Positions 39,424 through 49,317 of a stretch of 55,268 nt of DNA are shown here, piece after piece. The stretch comes from an uncultured Thermococci archaeon (GTDB taxonomy: Archaea > Methanobacteriota_B > Thermococci > Thermococcales > Thermococcaceae): contig CAZAPD010000062.1 in assembly GCA_964487115.1 (NCBI GenBank), positions 1 to 55,268 of the forward strand, written 5' to 3'. The first letter of the stretch is position 1. Every line of letters begins with the position of its first letter. Below the pieces are notes generated by a model. The model had not been told where the DNA came from and did not search any database. It was given only the letters and a program-made list of their open reading frames with translations. Made by a program: the position numbers and the translations under genes.

Positions 39424-40108
39424 AGTAAAAAACACTAAACCTGTTGCAGATGGAGTAAAAGTCTTTCACTTTGAAGAGAGACTGGAATTCACACCGGGGC
39501 AGTTCATAATGGTGTGGTTGCCCGGAATTGGGGAGAAGCCATTTAGCTTAGCTGGAGAGGACATGATTATGGTGAAAAAAGTTGGTCCATTCACCTCAAA
39601 CCTCTTTGATATCAAGGCAGGGGATTACGTGTGGATAAGGGGACCTTACGGGAAAGGATTTAAGCCGAAAGGGAAGAAAATAGCCCTTATAGCTGGAGGT
39701 ATAGGGATTCCACCGCTGTATGCTCTGGTTAAGCTGTGGGGGGATAGGTTCGGCGAAGTTACCCTGATATATGGTGCTCGCAGTGAAAGAGAGCTTGCTC
39801 TCATAGATGTGGAGAGATATGTCGACGAAATCATAATCACGACGGATGACGGTTCAGCCGGAAGAAAGGGTTTTCCAACAGATGTGCTGGCGGATATGAA
39901 GGAGGAATTTGATCAGGTCTATGCTTGTGGTCCGGAGGCAATGCTTAAATCTATTCTGAAAGTTATGGAATATAAAAATGTTCAGATTTCAGCCGAGAGA
40001 TATATGAGATGTGGTATTGGAGTCTGCGGGAGCTGTGCCCTTGGGAAGTATTTAGTGTGTCGCGATGGACCGGTGTTTGATGGTAAAGAGCTTAAAGGAG
40101 TTTTGTAA
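39407..40108 (+). CDS. pyrK: dihydroorotate dehydrogenase electron-transfer subunit
   Basis: PGQF, GPYG, AGGIG and CGP motifs; 2Fe-2S motif CGIGVCGSC...VCRDGP. Confidence 0.93.
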   Translation: MLRRIRVKNTKPVADGVKVFHFEERLEFTPGQFIMVWLPGIGEKPFSLAGEDMIMVKKVGPFTSNLFDIKAGDYVWIRGPYGKGFKPKGKKIALIAGGIGIPPLYALVKLWGDRFGEVTLIYGARSERELALIDVERYVDEIIITTDDGSAGRKGFPTDVLADMKEEFDQVYACGPEAMLKSILKVMEYKNVQISAERYMRCGIGVCGSCALGKYLVCRDGPVFDGKELKGVL

Positions 40109-40127
40109 TGTCCGTGGGGTGAAAGTA

Positions 40128-41060
40128 ATGAAATACTCGTGGGAGGAGCTTGCGAAAAAAATGGGCATTGAAGTCAAGAGACTCGAAAATAAGGAGGCCA
40201 GAGCACTGAAAAAGTTTGTCGATGATCTTGCGATACCAACGCATTGCCGTTTTTGTCAAGGAATTGATCTGGGCATTGAAAATCCGGTTCATCATCCGAG
40301 CTATGAGTTAACTCCTGCCTGCAACCACGATTGCATCTTCTGTTATTCAAACGTGGCTGTGAAACTTGGAAAAGCTCCTAAACCTGGTTATTATGGATGG
40401 AAGAATCCAAAAGCTATAACAGTTTCTCAGTATGGTGAGCCTCTGATTTCTCCTAAGATAGTTGAAGTTAACAGAATGCTCCGCAAGCACTTTCCAGAGG
40501 CCCGACTCGATCTGCAGACAAACGGTTCTCTTCTGACCAGAGAACTCTGGCAGAAGCTTGATTTTGATCTTGTTATGATAAGTCTTGATGCAGCAAGCAG
40601 GGAAATTCATCGCAGGATAACTAATGCTAACACATTTGAAAGGGTTGTAGAGGCTCTCAGGATAGTAGGTGCTGATAAGTCCGTTCGTTCAATTGTGAGA
40701 ACAATTTTCATGCCGGGTATAAATGAGGATGAAATTCCAAAAATTGCAGAGCTTGCTTCGTCACTTGGGATAGATGAAATGATGCTCCAGCCGCTGACTG
40801 TTCATGAACTTAATGCGGAAAGACTTAGAAGAGCTGGTTTAGATTTTGAACGGGCTGAGAGCGTTAAAGATTTGCTTAAAACTGCGATGAAGGTCAAAAA
40901 ATATATAGACGTGCGCGTAAGTGGATGTCTACTTGTCCAGCTTAAGAAAATGGATGCTCTGACACTTTACAATGTTTACAGGGTGTCCCGTGATGTTGTC
41001 CCGCTGGTTAAGAGGAAAAGGTTCAATGGGGGGTTGCCTCGTGATACGGGAGATACTTAG
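40128..41060 (+). CDS. radical SAM protein
   Basis: CNHDCIFC (CxxxCxxC), YGEP and QTNG motifs; extra N-terminal CRFC. Confidence 0.9.
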   Translation: MKYSWEELAKKMGIEVKRLENKEARALKKFVDDLAIPTHCRFCQGIDLGIENPVHHPSYELTPACNHDCIFCYSNVAVKLGKAPKPGYYGWKNPKAITVSQYGEPLISPKIVEVNRMLRKHFPEARLDLQTNGSLLTRELWQKLDFDLVMISLDAASREIHRRITNANTFERVVEALRIVGADKSVRSIVRTIFMPGINEDEIPKIAELASSLGIDEMMLQPLTVHELNAERLRRAGLDFERAESVKDLLKTAMKVKKYIDVRVSGCLLVQLKKMDALTLYNVYRVSRDVVPLVKRKRFNGGLPRDTGDT

Positions 41061-41691
41061 TTTCTTACTGCTCACTTTGTTTTTGTTAATAAATATCATT
41101 TTAACTTTAAACCAGATGGGGATGAAAATTTTCGGGAAGGCTGCAAGAAAAACGCTCAGGATTGAACTTCCTGAAAATGAAAAAAAGGCATATGAGAAGT
41201 TTTTTACATTAATCTGGATTATTATTGGTGTTTGGGCATTTTGGCAGGTTAAAGAGATTACTCTTCTTGGAGCAGTGCTGGCGTTTTTAGCTTTTAGGAG
41301 TGGGGGGAATATAAGTAAAGCTCTGATTTATAGAATACATGACGTGAGAATTGTTAAGGAACACACATCGGATAGCCGGATTCTTGAAGCTATTGGAAAG
41401 GTTACCCAGCTTTCTCTTTTACTGGAAGGCCTCTTGATATTCTCCTTTGCGTTGTTATATAAGGTCATTTCCACCATGCTGAATGGAGGACATGTTAACC
41501 ATTTGATAATACTCCTGTGGTTTGGTGGGCTCATAGCAGGGGCTGTCTTCGGACTGTTTATAGCCAAGAATAACAGGGGCGTGCTAACAAAAGATGGCAT
41601 CATTGTAGTTCTCTTTTTCATGGGGAAGAAAAGTAGGGACACGATGATTACAGTGGCAGGAAAAACAAAACAAAAATTCAAACGTGCATGA
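41041..41691 (+). CDS. hypothetical membrane protein
   Basis: Five to six hydrophobic segments; probable GTG start at 41041. Confidence 0.65.
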   Translation: MIREILSFLLLTLFLLINIILTLNQMGMKIFGKAARKTLRIELPENEKKAYEKFFTLIWIIIGVWAFWQVKEITLLGAVLAFLAFRSGGNISKALIYRIHDVRIVKEHTSDSRILEAIGKVTQLSLLLEGLLIFSFALLYKVISTMLNGGHVNHLIILLWFGGLIAGAVFGLFIAKNNRGVLTKDGIIVVLFFMGKKSRDTMITVAGKTKQKFKRA

Positions 41692-41699
41692 CTTTTCTC

Positions 41700-41918
41700 T
41701 TTTTCAAGCTTCGTCGTTCGGGGGAGTTTTCGATGGAAGAATTTCTCATGATTTGTTTGAGTGTCATAGGTGGGGGTGTTATCATAAATGCCGCTTTGGT
41801 TGGAGCCTTTAACATCTTGAAGAAGGTTGTAAAAACCATAATCCAAGCCTGCCGGGTTTAACGGCAAGTCGGCCAGGGGATCCTCGTGAAACCTCTCAAA
41901 CCAAAAGAGGGAGGTCAG
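41700..41918 (+). mobile_element. decayed IS200/IS605 element: tnpB 3' fragment plus right end
   Basis: DGRISHDLFECHR (from 41732), then shifted GVIINAALVGAFNILKKVVKTI (from 41775; stop at 41859-41861), matching the TnpB Zn-finger end and RuvC-III NAD.VGA.NI; hairpins; terminal GGGAGGTCAG. Confidence 0.75.
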
Positions 41919-41971
41919 AACACACCTTAATACTTTTATTTTTCTGTGTTAAATTAAGCTTGGTGAAGAAC

Positions 41972-42874
41972 ATGATACTCAAATTTGATGATGATCTTTA
42001 TCTCCTTGATCTCCCTCAGAAGATAGAGGGGTTTAGGAGTTTTATAGGTTCGTGGATTTTAAAGGAGGGTGACAGTGCTTTACTGGTGGATGTAGGGCCA
42101 GCAGGTACTGTTCGGATTTTGGATAGGACACTTAAAAGCTTAGGCATCAGGGAGGTGAGGTATGTTCTCCTCACTCATATACATCTCGACCATGCAGGGG
42201 GGATAGGACATTTAATTGAGCTGCATCCTGAGGCAAAAGTTGTTGTCCATGAGAGAGGAGCGGAGCATTTGATAAATCCTGCAAGGCTGTGGGAAGCGAG
42301 CAGGAAGGTTCTTGGAGGGTTGGCATTTGTTTATGGCAAAATCAAACCTGTTCCACATAGAAACATCTATAGGGGAAAAATTAAATTCGGGGACTTCAAT
42401 GTGGAAATTCTGCCAACTCCGGGGCATGCTCCTCATCATCAGAGCTATCTTATAGGAGACTATCTTTTTACCGGGGATTCGGCGGGGGTGTTTATTAAAG
42501 GGGAGAAGCTCTATCTGAGGCCATCGACACCTCCGAAATTTGTAAAGGAGCTCTATGTGGAGTCTCTTGAGAAAATGCTTCAACTTGGTAGAAAAAAGCT
42601 TTGCTTTGCCCATTTTGGCATGTATGAGAATAGCTTGGATATTCTCAGCAGACACATGAGACAGATTGAACTTTGGGTTAAGGTGATGGAAAATGGCCTT
42701 AAAGCCGCTAAGAGCATGGAAGAGGCAGTTAATACTGCATGGAAGGAACTTTTGGAAATTGATGAGTTGCTTTCGGGATATCCTGCCTTAGAGGACGATG
42801 TGAAAAAGAGAGAGATGAAAAATGCAAAAACTTCCCTGATTGGAATATACCACTATCTTAGGGAAGCCTTATAA
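41972..42874 (+). CDS. MBL-fold metallo-hydrolase
   Basis: THIHLDHAGG, TPGHAPHH, FTGD and FAHFG motifs. Confidence 0.92.
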   Translation: MILKFDDDLYLLDLPQKIEGFRSFIGSWILKEGDSALLVDVGPAGTVRILDRTLKSLGIREVRYVLLTHIHLDHAGGIGHLIELHPEAKVVVHERGAEHLINPARLWEASRKVLGGLAFVYGKIKPVPHRNIYRGKIKFGDFNVEILPTPGHAPHHQSYLIGDYLFTGDSAGVFIKGEKLYLRPSTPPKFVKELYVESLEKMLQLGRKKLCFAHFGMYENSLDILSRHMRQIELWVKVMENGLKAAKSMEEAVNTAWKELLEIDELLSGYPALEDDVKKREMKNAKTSLIGIYHYLREAL

Positions 42875-42897
42875 ACTGCCGTTATTTTTCTTTAACC

Positions 42898-43713
42898 ATG
42901 CTAACGTGTTCCCTGTGCATTCACAATGAAAAAACAGCGAAGATTGATATCATAGACGGAGAGCCTCTGTGCAGAGAGTGTCAGGTTTATTTAAAGCATA
43001 AACCTAATAGGGAAAAGATATGGAAAGAGCTTAATGGCCTAATGAAAAAAGCTGATAAGGCTGTGGTGGCATTTTCAGGGGGTAAGGACAGTACGGTTGC
43101 CCTCTATTTAGCTGTGGAAAGATATCACCTCGATGTTGAGGCTGTGATGGTTGATCACGGCTTCATGGCGGAGGAGGCAGTTGAGAACGCCGAAAGGATA
43201 GCGGAACATCTTAATATCCCCTTCAGAATTCTTCACCACGATTACTCTGATATATTTAGGAAAGCTCTCTTGAGGGGTCAATCTCCCTGTAGGGCATGCT
43301 CTCGAAGAACCATGGAGAAGCTCAGGAAGTATGCCGTGAAAAACGGCTATAGGTACTTAATAACAGGCCATGAGCTGCCGTTTGGGCATCATCCGTACCG
43401 TCTGATGTCCGGTGGAGTTCTTCAGGTCAGGCTTCTTAGTCTGATGAGTGAGAAGGAGAGGTTTGAAATTCTGAAAAAACTGCCTTTTGAGTTCCCTGAA
43501 CTGCCGGGATACACCACCAATTGTCTTATCCTTGGCCCTGCCCTCGAAAAATACTGGGAGAAGCACGGTTACAGCTTTGAGCATCGTAGAATCGCCGCCC
43601 TTGTGAGATATGGTTTGATGGACAGGGAGAAAGCACTGAAGAAGATAAAGAAGCCGGAAGTTCCGGATAGGATTAAGCTGGAGGTTTATAAAAAACTTAG
43701 AATAAAAGATTAA
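42898..43713 (+). CDS. PP-loop ATP pyrophosphatase with N-terminal Zn finger
   Basis: CSLC...CREC, AFSGGKDS, CRAC and TGH motifs. Confidence 0.88.
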   Translation: MLTCSLCIHNEKTAKIDIIDGEPLCRECQVYLKHKPNREKIWKELNGLMKKADKAVVAFSGGKDSTVALYLAVERYHLDVEAVMVDHGFMAEEAVENAERIAEHLNIPFRILHHDYSDIFRKALLRGQSPCRACSRRTMEKLRKYAVKNGYRYLITGHELPFGHHPYRLMSGGVLQVRLLSLMSEKERFEILKKLPFEFPELPGYTTNCLILGPALEKYWEKHGYSFEHRRIAALVRYGLMDREKALKKIKKPEVPDRIKLEVYKKLRIKD

Positions 43714-43714
43714 C

Positions 43715-44270
43715 GGTTTAAGGCCTGAAAATGCAAGGACAGGCACAGTTTTTATGCTGTTGATATTTGCCATAGCCTTCTCCTGTTTTGACAACATGCC
43801 ATTTTCCATCCTCTCCATAGACCATGAAACTTGATTGCTATCCATTCATAACTAACATCAATAAAGAATCCTGCCAGAGTTGCGGCGTGAGCGGCAGCTT
43901 CTGTGATCTCTCCTGTCGCTTCTAAATAGCAGATGAATCCGGGGGCATCAAGCCTCGAGACGGTGTAGGTGTGAGATGGAGCTCTGTGAGAGAAAGAATG
44001 TTCCTGCATTTCAGCTATCTATGGGGTTGTCTAAGCTTATAGTTTTCGCCATCGAGAGAATCTGATTAAAGCTTTTATTCTTCATAAAAGGTTTGTCCGT
44101 CAATGCTCCCCATGTCTGTTTTAAATCTCCAGGTCAATGTGAATCTCCTTTCCTTAATGTCTGTTCTTTAAGCCCTTCTGGATAGAGGACTTTAACAAAT
44201 ACATGAGCACCTGTGGAGTTCTGGAGCTCTATGAGTACGGTTGGTTCCGGCTGTAGAAAACTGGCTTTTA
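43715..44270 (-). pseudogene. decayed, internally deleted paralog of the 44341-45508 secreted protein
   Basis: Fragments across frames: KASFLQPEP...HVFVKVLYPEGLK, EIHID/GDLKQTW, RLDAPGFICYLEATGEITEAAAHAATLAGFFIDVSY and KTVPVLAF align with the neighbour's N- and C-termini. Confidence 0.75.
44190..44270. repeat. 81-bp exact direct repeat, copy 1
   Basis: Identical to 45372-45452. Confidence 0.95.
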
Positions 44271-44340
44271 GGAAATTTTGGTTGTTATGCGGAAAATCTG
44301 ACTCATATTCTGCTGGAACATAAATAGAAAAATGGGGTTT

Positions 44341-45508
44341 TCAATCTACATCAAAGTAAAGTATCGGCACAGTTTTGGCATCAGTGCTCTCAGTTCTCCA
44401 AACCTCATGGGTGATTCCGGAGGGCGAATGAAGGAAGAGGTCAAAATCAAATGCATTAGCACTATCATATCTGAAGTTAACGCTGATAAAAAGTCCTATT
44501 AAGGAGGCCTTCTCTGCTGCAGCTGAGCTTATTTTCCCGAGTTCTTTTAAGACCTCAATGAACTTTAAGGTATCGAGAGAGAACTCGTTTGTACCAAGAT
44601 TGTAAAGATGGAACTGATAATATGCCGGATAGCCAGAGGATTGGTAGTTACCTTCATATATCCATTTATCCACTGGGGGTATTTGAGCTTTTGAGGGTTT
44701 TGATGTTCCACCTGTTAATGTGCTTGGATCAAAATTAACTATGTACACATATTCTTCATAGAAAGTCCGTCCGTCAATATGAATTCCCCATCTTTCCCAA
44801 CGATATGTGAAATCCATCCAAATATAATAGTTCTGTCCGGCATCTGTGCTTGCACTTGCTTTTCCAGCTTTATTTTCCTGAACCCAATTATATGATGTCA
44901 ATCTCGTCCAGTCGCTGTCAACAAAAACATTGACGCTGAATCCTACATCATGGTTCCTGAAGTATGTGTATGAGATATCATAGTAGGTAGTACTGTCGGG
45001 GGTTACTTGAGCTACTATTGTTGGAGCATTCCAGCTGTAGGAGTCGTCGAGCCATTGGTAATATCCGGTTAATGGTTGGATATTGGAGTTTTGGATTTTT
45101 ATGGTGGTTTTTCCCCTTTGATTTTTTAATATTTTGAATTTCGGTTTTATCACTGCAGTCTGGAAAAGTTTCTCACGATTAAGACTCAGGCTTTCAATAG
45201 CAATTTTTCCATTCTTAACTACTGTGAGAACTATTAGGGATTGGGATAATCTTCCGGATTTCTTGTATTCTGCATTCCAAGCTCTATTTAATTCACCGAG
45301 TTTTATATGTATTCTGTTGTCTTTTCCTATGGTGTAAACTCCTAGGCTTTTAAATCCGTTGGGGTATAATGCTTTAACAAATACATGAGCACCTGTGGAG
45401 TTCTGGAGCTCTATGAGTACGGTTGGTTCCGGCTGTAGAAAACTGGCTTTTACGAAAAAACCAAAAAAGTAAACCCAACATAATAGTGGCTGTAAATTTT
45501 TTCTTCAT
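44341..45508 (-). pseudogene. secreted protein gene with a 1-nt frameshift in the signal-peptide region
   Basis: GGTGAGG RBS and ATG 45508 give MKKKFTATIMLGLL; removing one T from the T6-GG-T6 tract (45455-45468) joins this to an open frame VKASFLQPEP... running to 44341. Confidence 0.8.
45372..45452. repeat. 81-bp exact direct repeat, copy 2
   Basis: Identical to 44190-44270. Confidence 0.95.
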
Positions 45509-45537
45509 AACCTCACCAATTACACTATTAGTAGTCA

Positions 45538-46806
45538 TTACATATAAGCGTTCTGGTTGTTATGAGTAAACTTTTTGTCGTAATTGTTGATAATTCTGAG
45601 GAGCTTTTTCCTTGCAATCTCAAGCACTCTCTCCGGTTCAACCTTAAACCCGCCACCTCTCGCAAGGATTTCACTTCCCCCGCCTCCACCCCCAATTTCT
45701 TTGAGAACTTCTTTAAGCAGGATATTCATTGGTATTCCTCCTACATTTCTGTTTTTTGCAAAGATAACATAATTTCTTCCTGCTACGAGGGCTATGGTAT
45801 TGGGATTTTTATCAACCAGATATACCAAAAAAGCTTGGGCGTCCTTCATGCTCCAGCTCTCAACTGTACTGATGATTTTAATTCCTTCGAGCTTTTCGGC
45901 CCTGCTTATGAGTGCTTTGGCTTTCCATCTCCATAGCTCTTTCCTCAGTTCCATCTTTTCTTCTTCCAGTTTTTCAAACTCTTTATGAAACTCTCTAATT
46001 CTCTCAACCAGTGGCCTATTTTTATTGGACATCTCATTCAGACTCTTCCAGTAGTCTTCCAGAAGCATGTTGAGATAATTTAGGGCTCTGTTGCCGCAGG
46101 CAAATTCAATACGCCATATATTTCTCGTTTTTCTGTAGAAGCTGAGGACCTTTATCGGGCCAATCTCACGCGTGCTTTTAACGTGTGTGCCACCACATGC
46201 TATAACATCGATACCCGGAATGGAAACGATCCTTATGGGAGGTATAACCTTCTCTGAGAGGGGTTTTCTGAGGAAGCTTTTAATATTCATGGGCAATTCT
46301 TCATGGCTTTCAATTTGAACAGGCAGGTCATCAGATACGATTTTGTTGGCTTTAATCTCGGCTTTCAGGATGTGCTCCCATGTTAGCTCTCCATCAAAAT
46401 CAATCTCAATTTTGTTGTAGTTCTCAAAAATTTGAAATCCTGTGGTGTCACTGTCATAGAAATCCTTGAGAACTGCCGAGAGAATATGCTGACCGGTATG
46501 CTGTTTCATGTTTTCATATCTCCAACCCCAGTCAAGCTCAAGCTCAACTTTTTCTCCAGCCTTCGGCTTTCGTCCCCTCAGCTCTCCATCATGCCATATC
46601 TTATCCCTTCCAGAAACGTGCTCAACTTTCGCCTCAAATCCTTTCCCCCTTATGAATCCCCTGTCAGAGGGCTGACCGCCGCCTTCTGGATAGAAAATGG
46701 TTCTATTAAGGAGAAGCCTTATTTTCCTGCCATCAATTTTAACCTCTTCAATCTCAGCCTCGGTTCTTCTGAGATATGCATCATTATAGAACAGTTTTAT
46801 TGTCAT
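45538..46806 (-). CDS. AlaX-type alanyl-tRNA editing protein with DHHA1 domain
   Basis: FYPEGGGQPSD, HTGQH, CGGTH and GGGGG..ARGG motifs. Confidence 0.92.
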   Translation of the reverse strand: MTIKLFYNDAYLRRTEAEIEEVKIDGRKIRLLLNRTIFYPEGGGQPSDRGFIRGKGFEAKVEHVSGRDKIWHDGELRGRKPKAGEKVELELDWGWRYENMKQHTGQHILSAVLKDFYDSDTTGFQIFENYNKIEIDFDGELTWEHILKAEIKANKIVSDDLPVQIESHEELPMNIKSFLRKPLSEKVIPPIRIVSIPGIDVIACGGTHVKSTREIGPIKVLSFYRKTRNIWRIEFACGNRALNYLNMLLEDYWKSLNEMSNKNRPLVERIREFHKEFEKLEEEKMELRKELWRWKAKALISRAEKLEGIKIISTVESWSMKDAQAFLVYLVDKNPNTIALVAGRNYVIFAKNRNVGGIPMNILLKEVLKEIGGGGGGSEILARGGGFKVEPERVLEIARKKLLRIINNYDKKFTHNNQNAYM

Positions 46807-46906
46807 GTTCTCACCGAACCAGAAATCGAAGTGCGGAGATAAAAGGTTTGCTGGGTTTTCTGTTCATTTATTACAGCATAATTTTAAGTAAGAAACAGAA
46901 AAAGGA

Positions 46907-47062
46907 TTACTTCTTCTTCCACTCAGTGTAGCCACAACGTCCGCAGCTCCAACGGTCTTTGTGGTTTGCCATGAAAACTCCAGGCCCGCATCTCGGGCAG
47001 TATCTGTTTTTCCTGCTTATCTTGCCGCCTTTAACCTCGTAGAGCTTCCACTTCTGTCCCAT
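46907..47062 (-). CDS. rps27ae: 30S ribosomal protein S27ae (absent from ORF track)
   Basis: [51 protein letters not shown]. Confidence 0.97.
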   Translation of the reverse strand: MGQKWKLYEVKGGKISRKNRYCPRCGPGVFMANHKDRWSCGRCGYTEWKKK

Positions 47063-47358
47063 CATTCTCCCTCCTTCTGAATTATTCCATCTCTAACGAG
47101 AACATATTTGGGCTCTATGTAGAGAAGCTTCTCCTTGCTCTCATAGGCCTTTGCATAACCCTTTGAGATGTGACTTCCGAAGTATGAGCGGATGTACTGA
47201 ACAACCGTGGTTTCTGGATCGAGATCAAGCATGGCCACAAGCTTTCCCTTGATGTCTTTCCTTGATGGAGTTGCCTCTCCTTCATGGATTATGTCAAAGT
47301 AAATCTCCTTTCTTCCGAGGAGCTTATTCTCCTTAATCTCGGTAACCTTAATCTCCAT
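47062..47358 (-). CDS. rps24e: 30S ribosomal protein S24e
   Basis: [14 protein letters not shown] and GYAKAY motifs. Confidence 0.97.
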   Translation of the reverse strand: MEIKVTEIKENKLLGRKEIYFDIIHEGEATPSRKDIKGKLVAMLDLDPETTVVQYIRSYFGSHISKGYAKAYESKEKLLYIEPKYVLVRDGIIQKEGE

Positions 47359-47887
47359 CGTAAATCACCTCCATTTTTCCAAGTATCTTCGCGCATCTGA
47401 GCTTACATTGAGGTGTAACCTTTATAAGCACTACCCCCTCATTTGGCTGACCATAGAGCACCAGACTTCCTGTGGGGGCATAAAGCACGGCTGGGATTGC
47501 CGCCAAATCCTCCTCACCGTAGACCTTGATATACACATTGCGCCCTCTTCGGGCGGTCTCAAATGCCTTCCTGATTGCGTTTAATAAAGCTTTCGTCACG
47601 GTGCCGGGAGGATTATTGACTGTCATTATCACTGCATCTGCATCTATCTCCGGATGGTATTCTTCTCTCTTAGTTTTGTGATCATAGATAGCTATATGCG
47701 GCTTGAGACCGAGCTTTAAAACGTTTTCCGTGACAACATCACCAACAGTGATTAAATAAGGTGCTTTTTTCATTTTTTCAAAGGAGTTTATATATGGCTC
47801 GGGAATTTCCCCCTTAACCAGTTCTCCGAGGGGTTTTTTCAACTCGTCCCTTAAAGAGAGGGGAAGTTTAAAATGGAAATTCTTCAT
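47348..47887 (-). CDS. GTP-dependent dephospho-CoA kinase (DUF359)
   Basis: TVGDVVT, NPPG, GEEDL and YGQP.EG motifs; conserved operon position. Confidence 0.92.
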   Translation of the reverse strand: MKNFHFKLPLSLRDELKKPLGELVKGEIPEPYINSFEKMKKAPYLITVGDVVTENVLKLGLKPHIAIYDHKTKREEYHPEIDADAVIMTVNNPPGTVTKALLNAIRKAFETARRGRNVYIKVYGEEDLAAIPAVLYAPTGSLVLYGQPNEGVVLIKVTPQCKLRCAKILGKMEVIYDGD

Positions 47888-47890
47888 AGC

Positions 47891-48076
47891 TCATCTAACC
47901 CTGATCGCATACTTCCCGGGAATCTTAACACCAAGTTTCTGGGCTATTTTTGAATTTTCTGGATTTGTTATTATAACGAGGTCAAACCACTCATCGCTTA
48001 AGTCTCTGCTTCCACAGACGGGACATCTATCTTCGGTGGTTATATAGTGACAGTGCCTGCAGGCTCTCTCCTTCAT
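47891..48076 (-). CDS. spt4: transcription elongation factor Spt4 (RpoE'')
   Basis: ACRHC...CPVC and PGKYAIRVR motifs. Confidence 0.96.
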   Translation of the reverse strand: MKERACRHCHYITTEDRCPVCGSRDLSDEWFDLVIITNPENSKIAQKLGVKIPGKYAIRVR

Positions 48077-48639
48077 GATCCTTCACCCTTCTCCTTGCGC
48101 TTTTCCTTTTCAATCCAGTCGAACTTGCCCAACCCGGGCTGTCTCATCGTGAGACCTATCTTGTTCTCTCTGATGATTCTGCTCTTTACGCTGATGGCTA
48201 TTATTCTTGCCCTTACCTCGTCACCGAGCTTTAATATGCGGTGCTTCTCCTTCCCAAGGAATTGTTTGTTTTTCTCATCAAAGACGACGTAATCATCCAT
48301 GAGCTGTGATATGTGAACGAGACCATCCATAGGGCCGATTCTTATGAATGCGCCGTAGGGGGCAACGTCCACAACTTCTCCCTCAACAACCTCATGCATC
48401 TCGGGCTTCCACACGAGAACATCAAAAACTGCTTCGTGGTAGGTGGCACCATCTCCCGGAACAATAACCCCATCCGTTATCTCTCTAACATCGAGAACGG
48501 CTAAGATAACCCCATCATCCCTATCATAAACTCCTTCGTATGTTTCTCTCAGAATAATCTTCGCTGCTTCCTCTGGATCCATTTGGAACATTCTCGGTGG
48601 GATTCTCACGACATCCTTAACTGTCAGTAGCTTGTACAT
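48073..48639 (-). CDS. rpoE1: RNA polymerase subunit E' (Rpo7)
   Basis: DVVRIPP, PGDGATY, S1 domain DGLVHISQ and LTMRQPGLGK motifs. Confidence 0.97.
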   Translation of the reverse strand: MYKLLTVKDVVRIPPRMFQMDPEEAAKIILRETYEGVYDRDDGVILAVLDVREITDGVIVPGDGATYHEAVFDVLVWKPEMHEVVEGEVVDVAPYGAFIRIGPMDGLVHISQLMDDYVVFDEKNKQFLGKEKHRILKLGDEVRARIIAISVKSRIIRENKIGLTMRQPGLGKFDWIEKEKRKEKGEGS

Positions 48640-48671
48640 CCCTATACCTCCTAAAATAAATTGAAGGAGGA

Positions 48672-49208
48672 TCACTCCTTCTTTCCAAACTTTTCTTTGT
48701 AGAGCTCAATAGCTCTTAGAATCTCTTTCTTAGCAACTTCCGCATTTTCCCAGCCCTCAACGATGACCTTCTTTCCTTGAAGGTCTTTATAATGCTCGAA
48801 GAAGTGGGCTATCTCATCGAGGAATGCCTTTGGAACATCGCTTATATCTCTCCAGTTCTCGAAGTATGGGTCTTCAACTGGGACTGCGAGAACTTTGTAA
48901 TCCTTGTCACCGCTGTCGATCATCTTAAACAATCCAATGGGCCTGGCTTCAATGAGGACTCCTGGATAAACAGGCTCCCTCATTATGACCATAATGTCAA
49001 AGGGATCTCCATCATCATACCATGTCTGTGGGATTATTCCATAATCCACCGGATAGAAGAACGGGCTGTAGAGGACTCTGTCAAGCTTGATCAAACCGCT
49101 CTTTTTATCGAGCTCGTATTTGTTTCTGCTCCCCTTTGGTATCTCTATCAGGGCATAAACAACCTCTGGAACCTCTGGTCCGGGCTCCAAATCGTGGAAC
49201 GGATTCAT
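48672..49208 (-). CDS. ppa: inorganic pyrophosphatase
   Basis: [24 protein letters not shown] and DKDYK motifs. Confidence 0.97.
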   Translation of the reverse strand: MNPFHDLEPGPEVPEVVYALIEIPKGSRNKYELDKKSGLIKLDRVLYSPFFYPVDYGIIPQTWYDDGDPFDIMVIMREPVYPGVLIEARPIGLFKMIDSGDKDYKVLAVPVEDPYFENWRDISDVPKAFLDEIAHFFEHYKDLQGKKVIVEGWENAEVAKKEILRAIELYKEKFGKKE

Positions 49209-49317
49209 TTCTACCACCTCTCTAATTTTTCGAAAAGATTACTACATTCAGCTTTTAAGGTTAGCTTTTAAAGTTTTGGTCTGAGAACAGCAGAAAATAT
49301 AAAAGAAAAGAAAGGGG

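Noticed and set aside
38185..40108. pyrC-pyrK without adjacent pyrD
   Set aside because: Dispersed pyrimidine genes are common in archaea; pyrD is probably elsewhere.
43752..44009. 85-aa ORF as a QueD-like gene beside a PP-loop ATPase
   Set aside because: Lacks QueD His motifs; better explained as a fragment of the neighbouring paralog.
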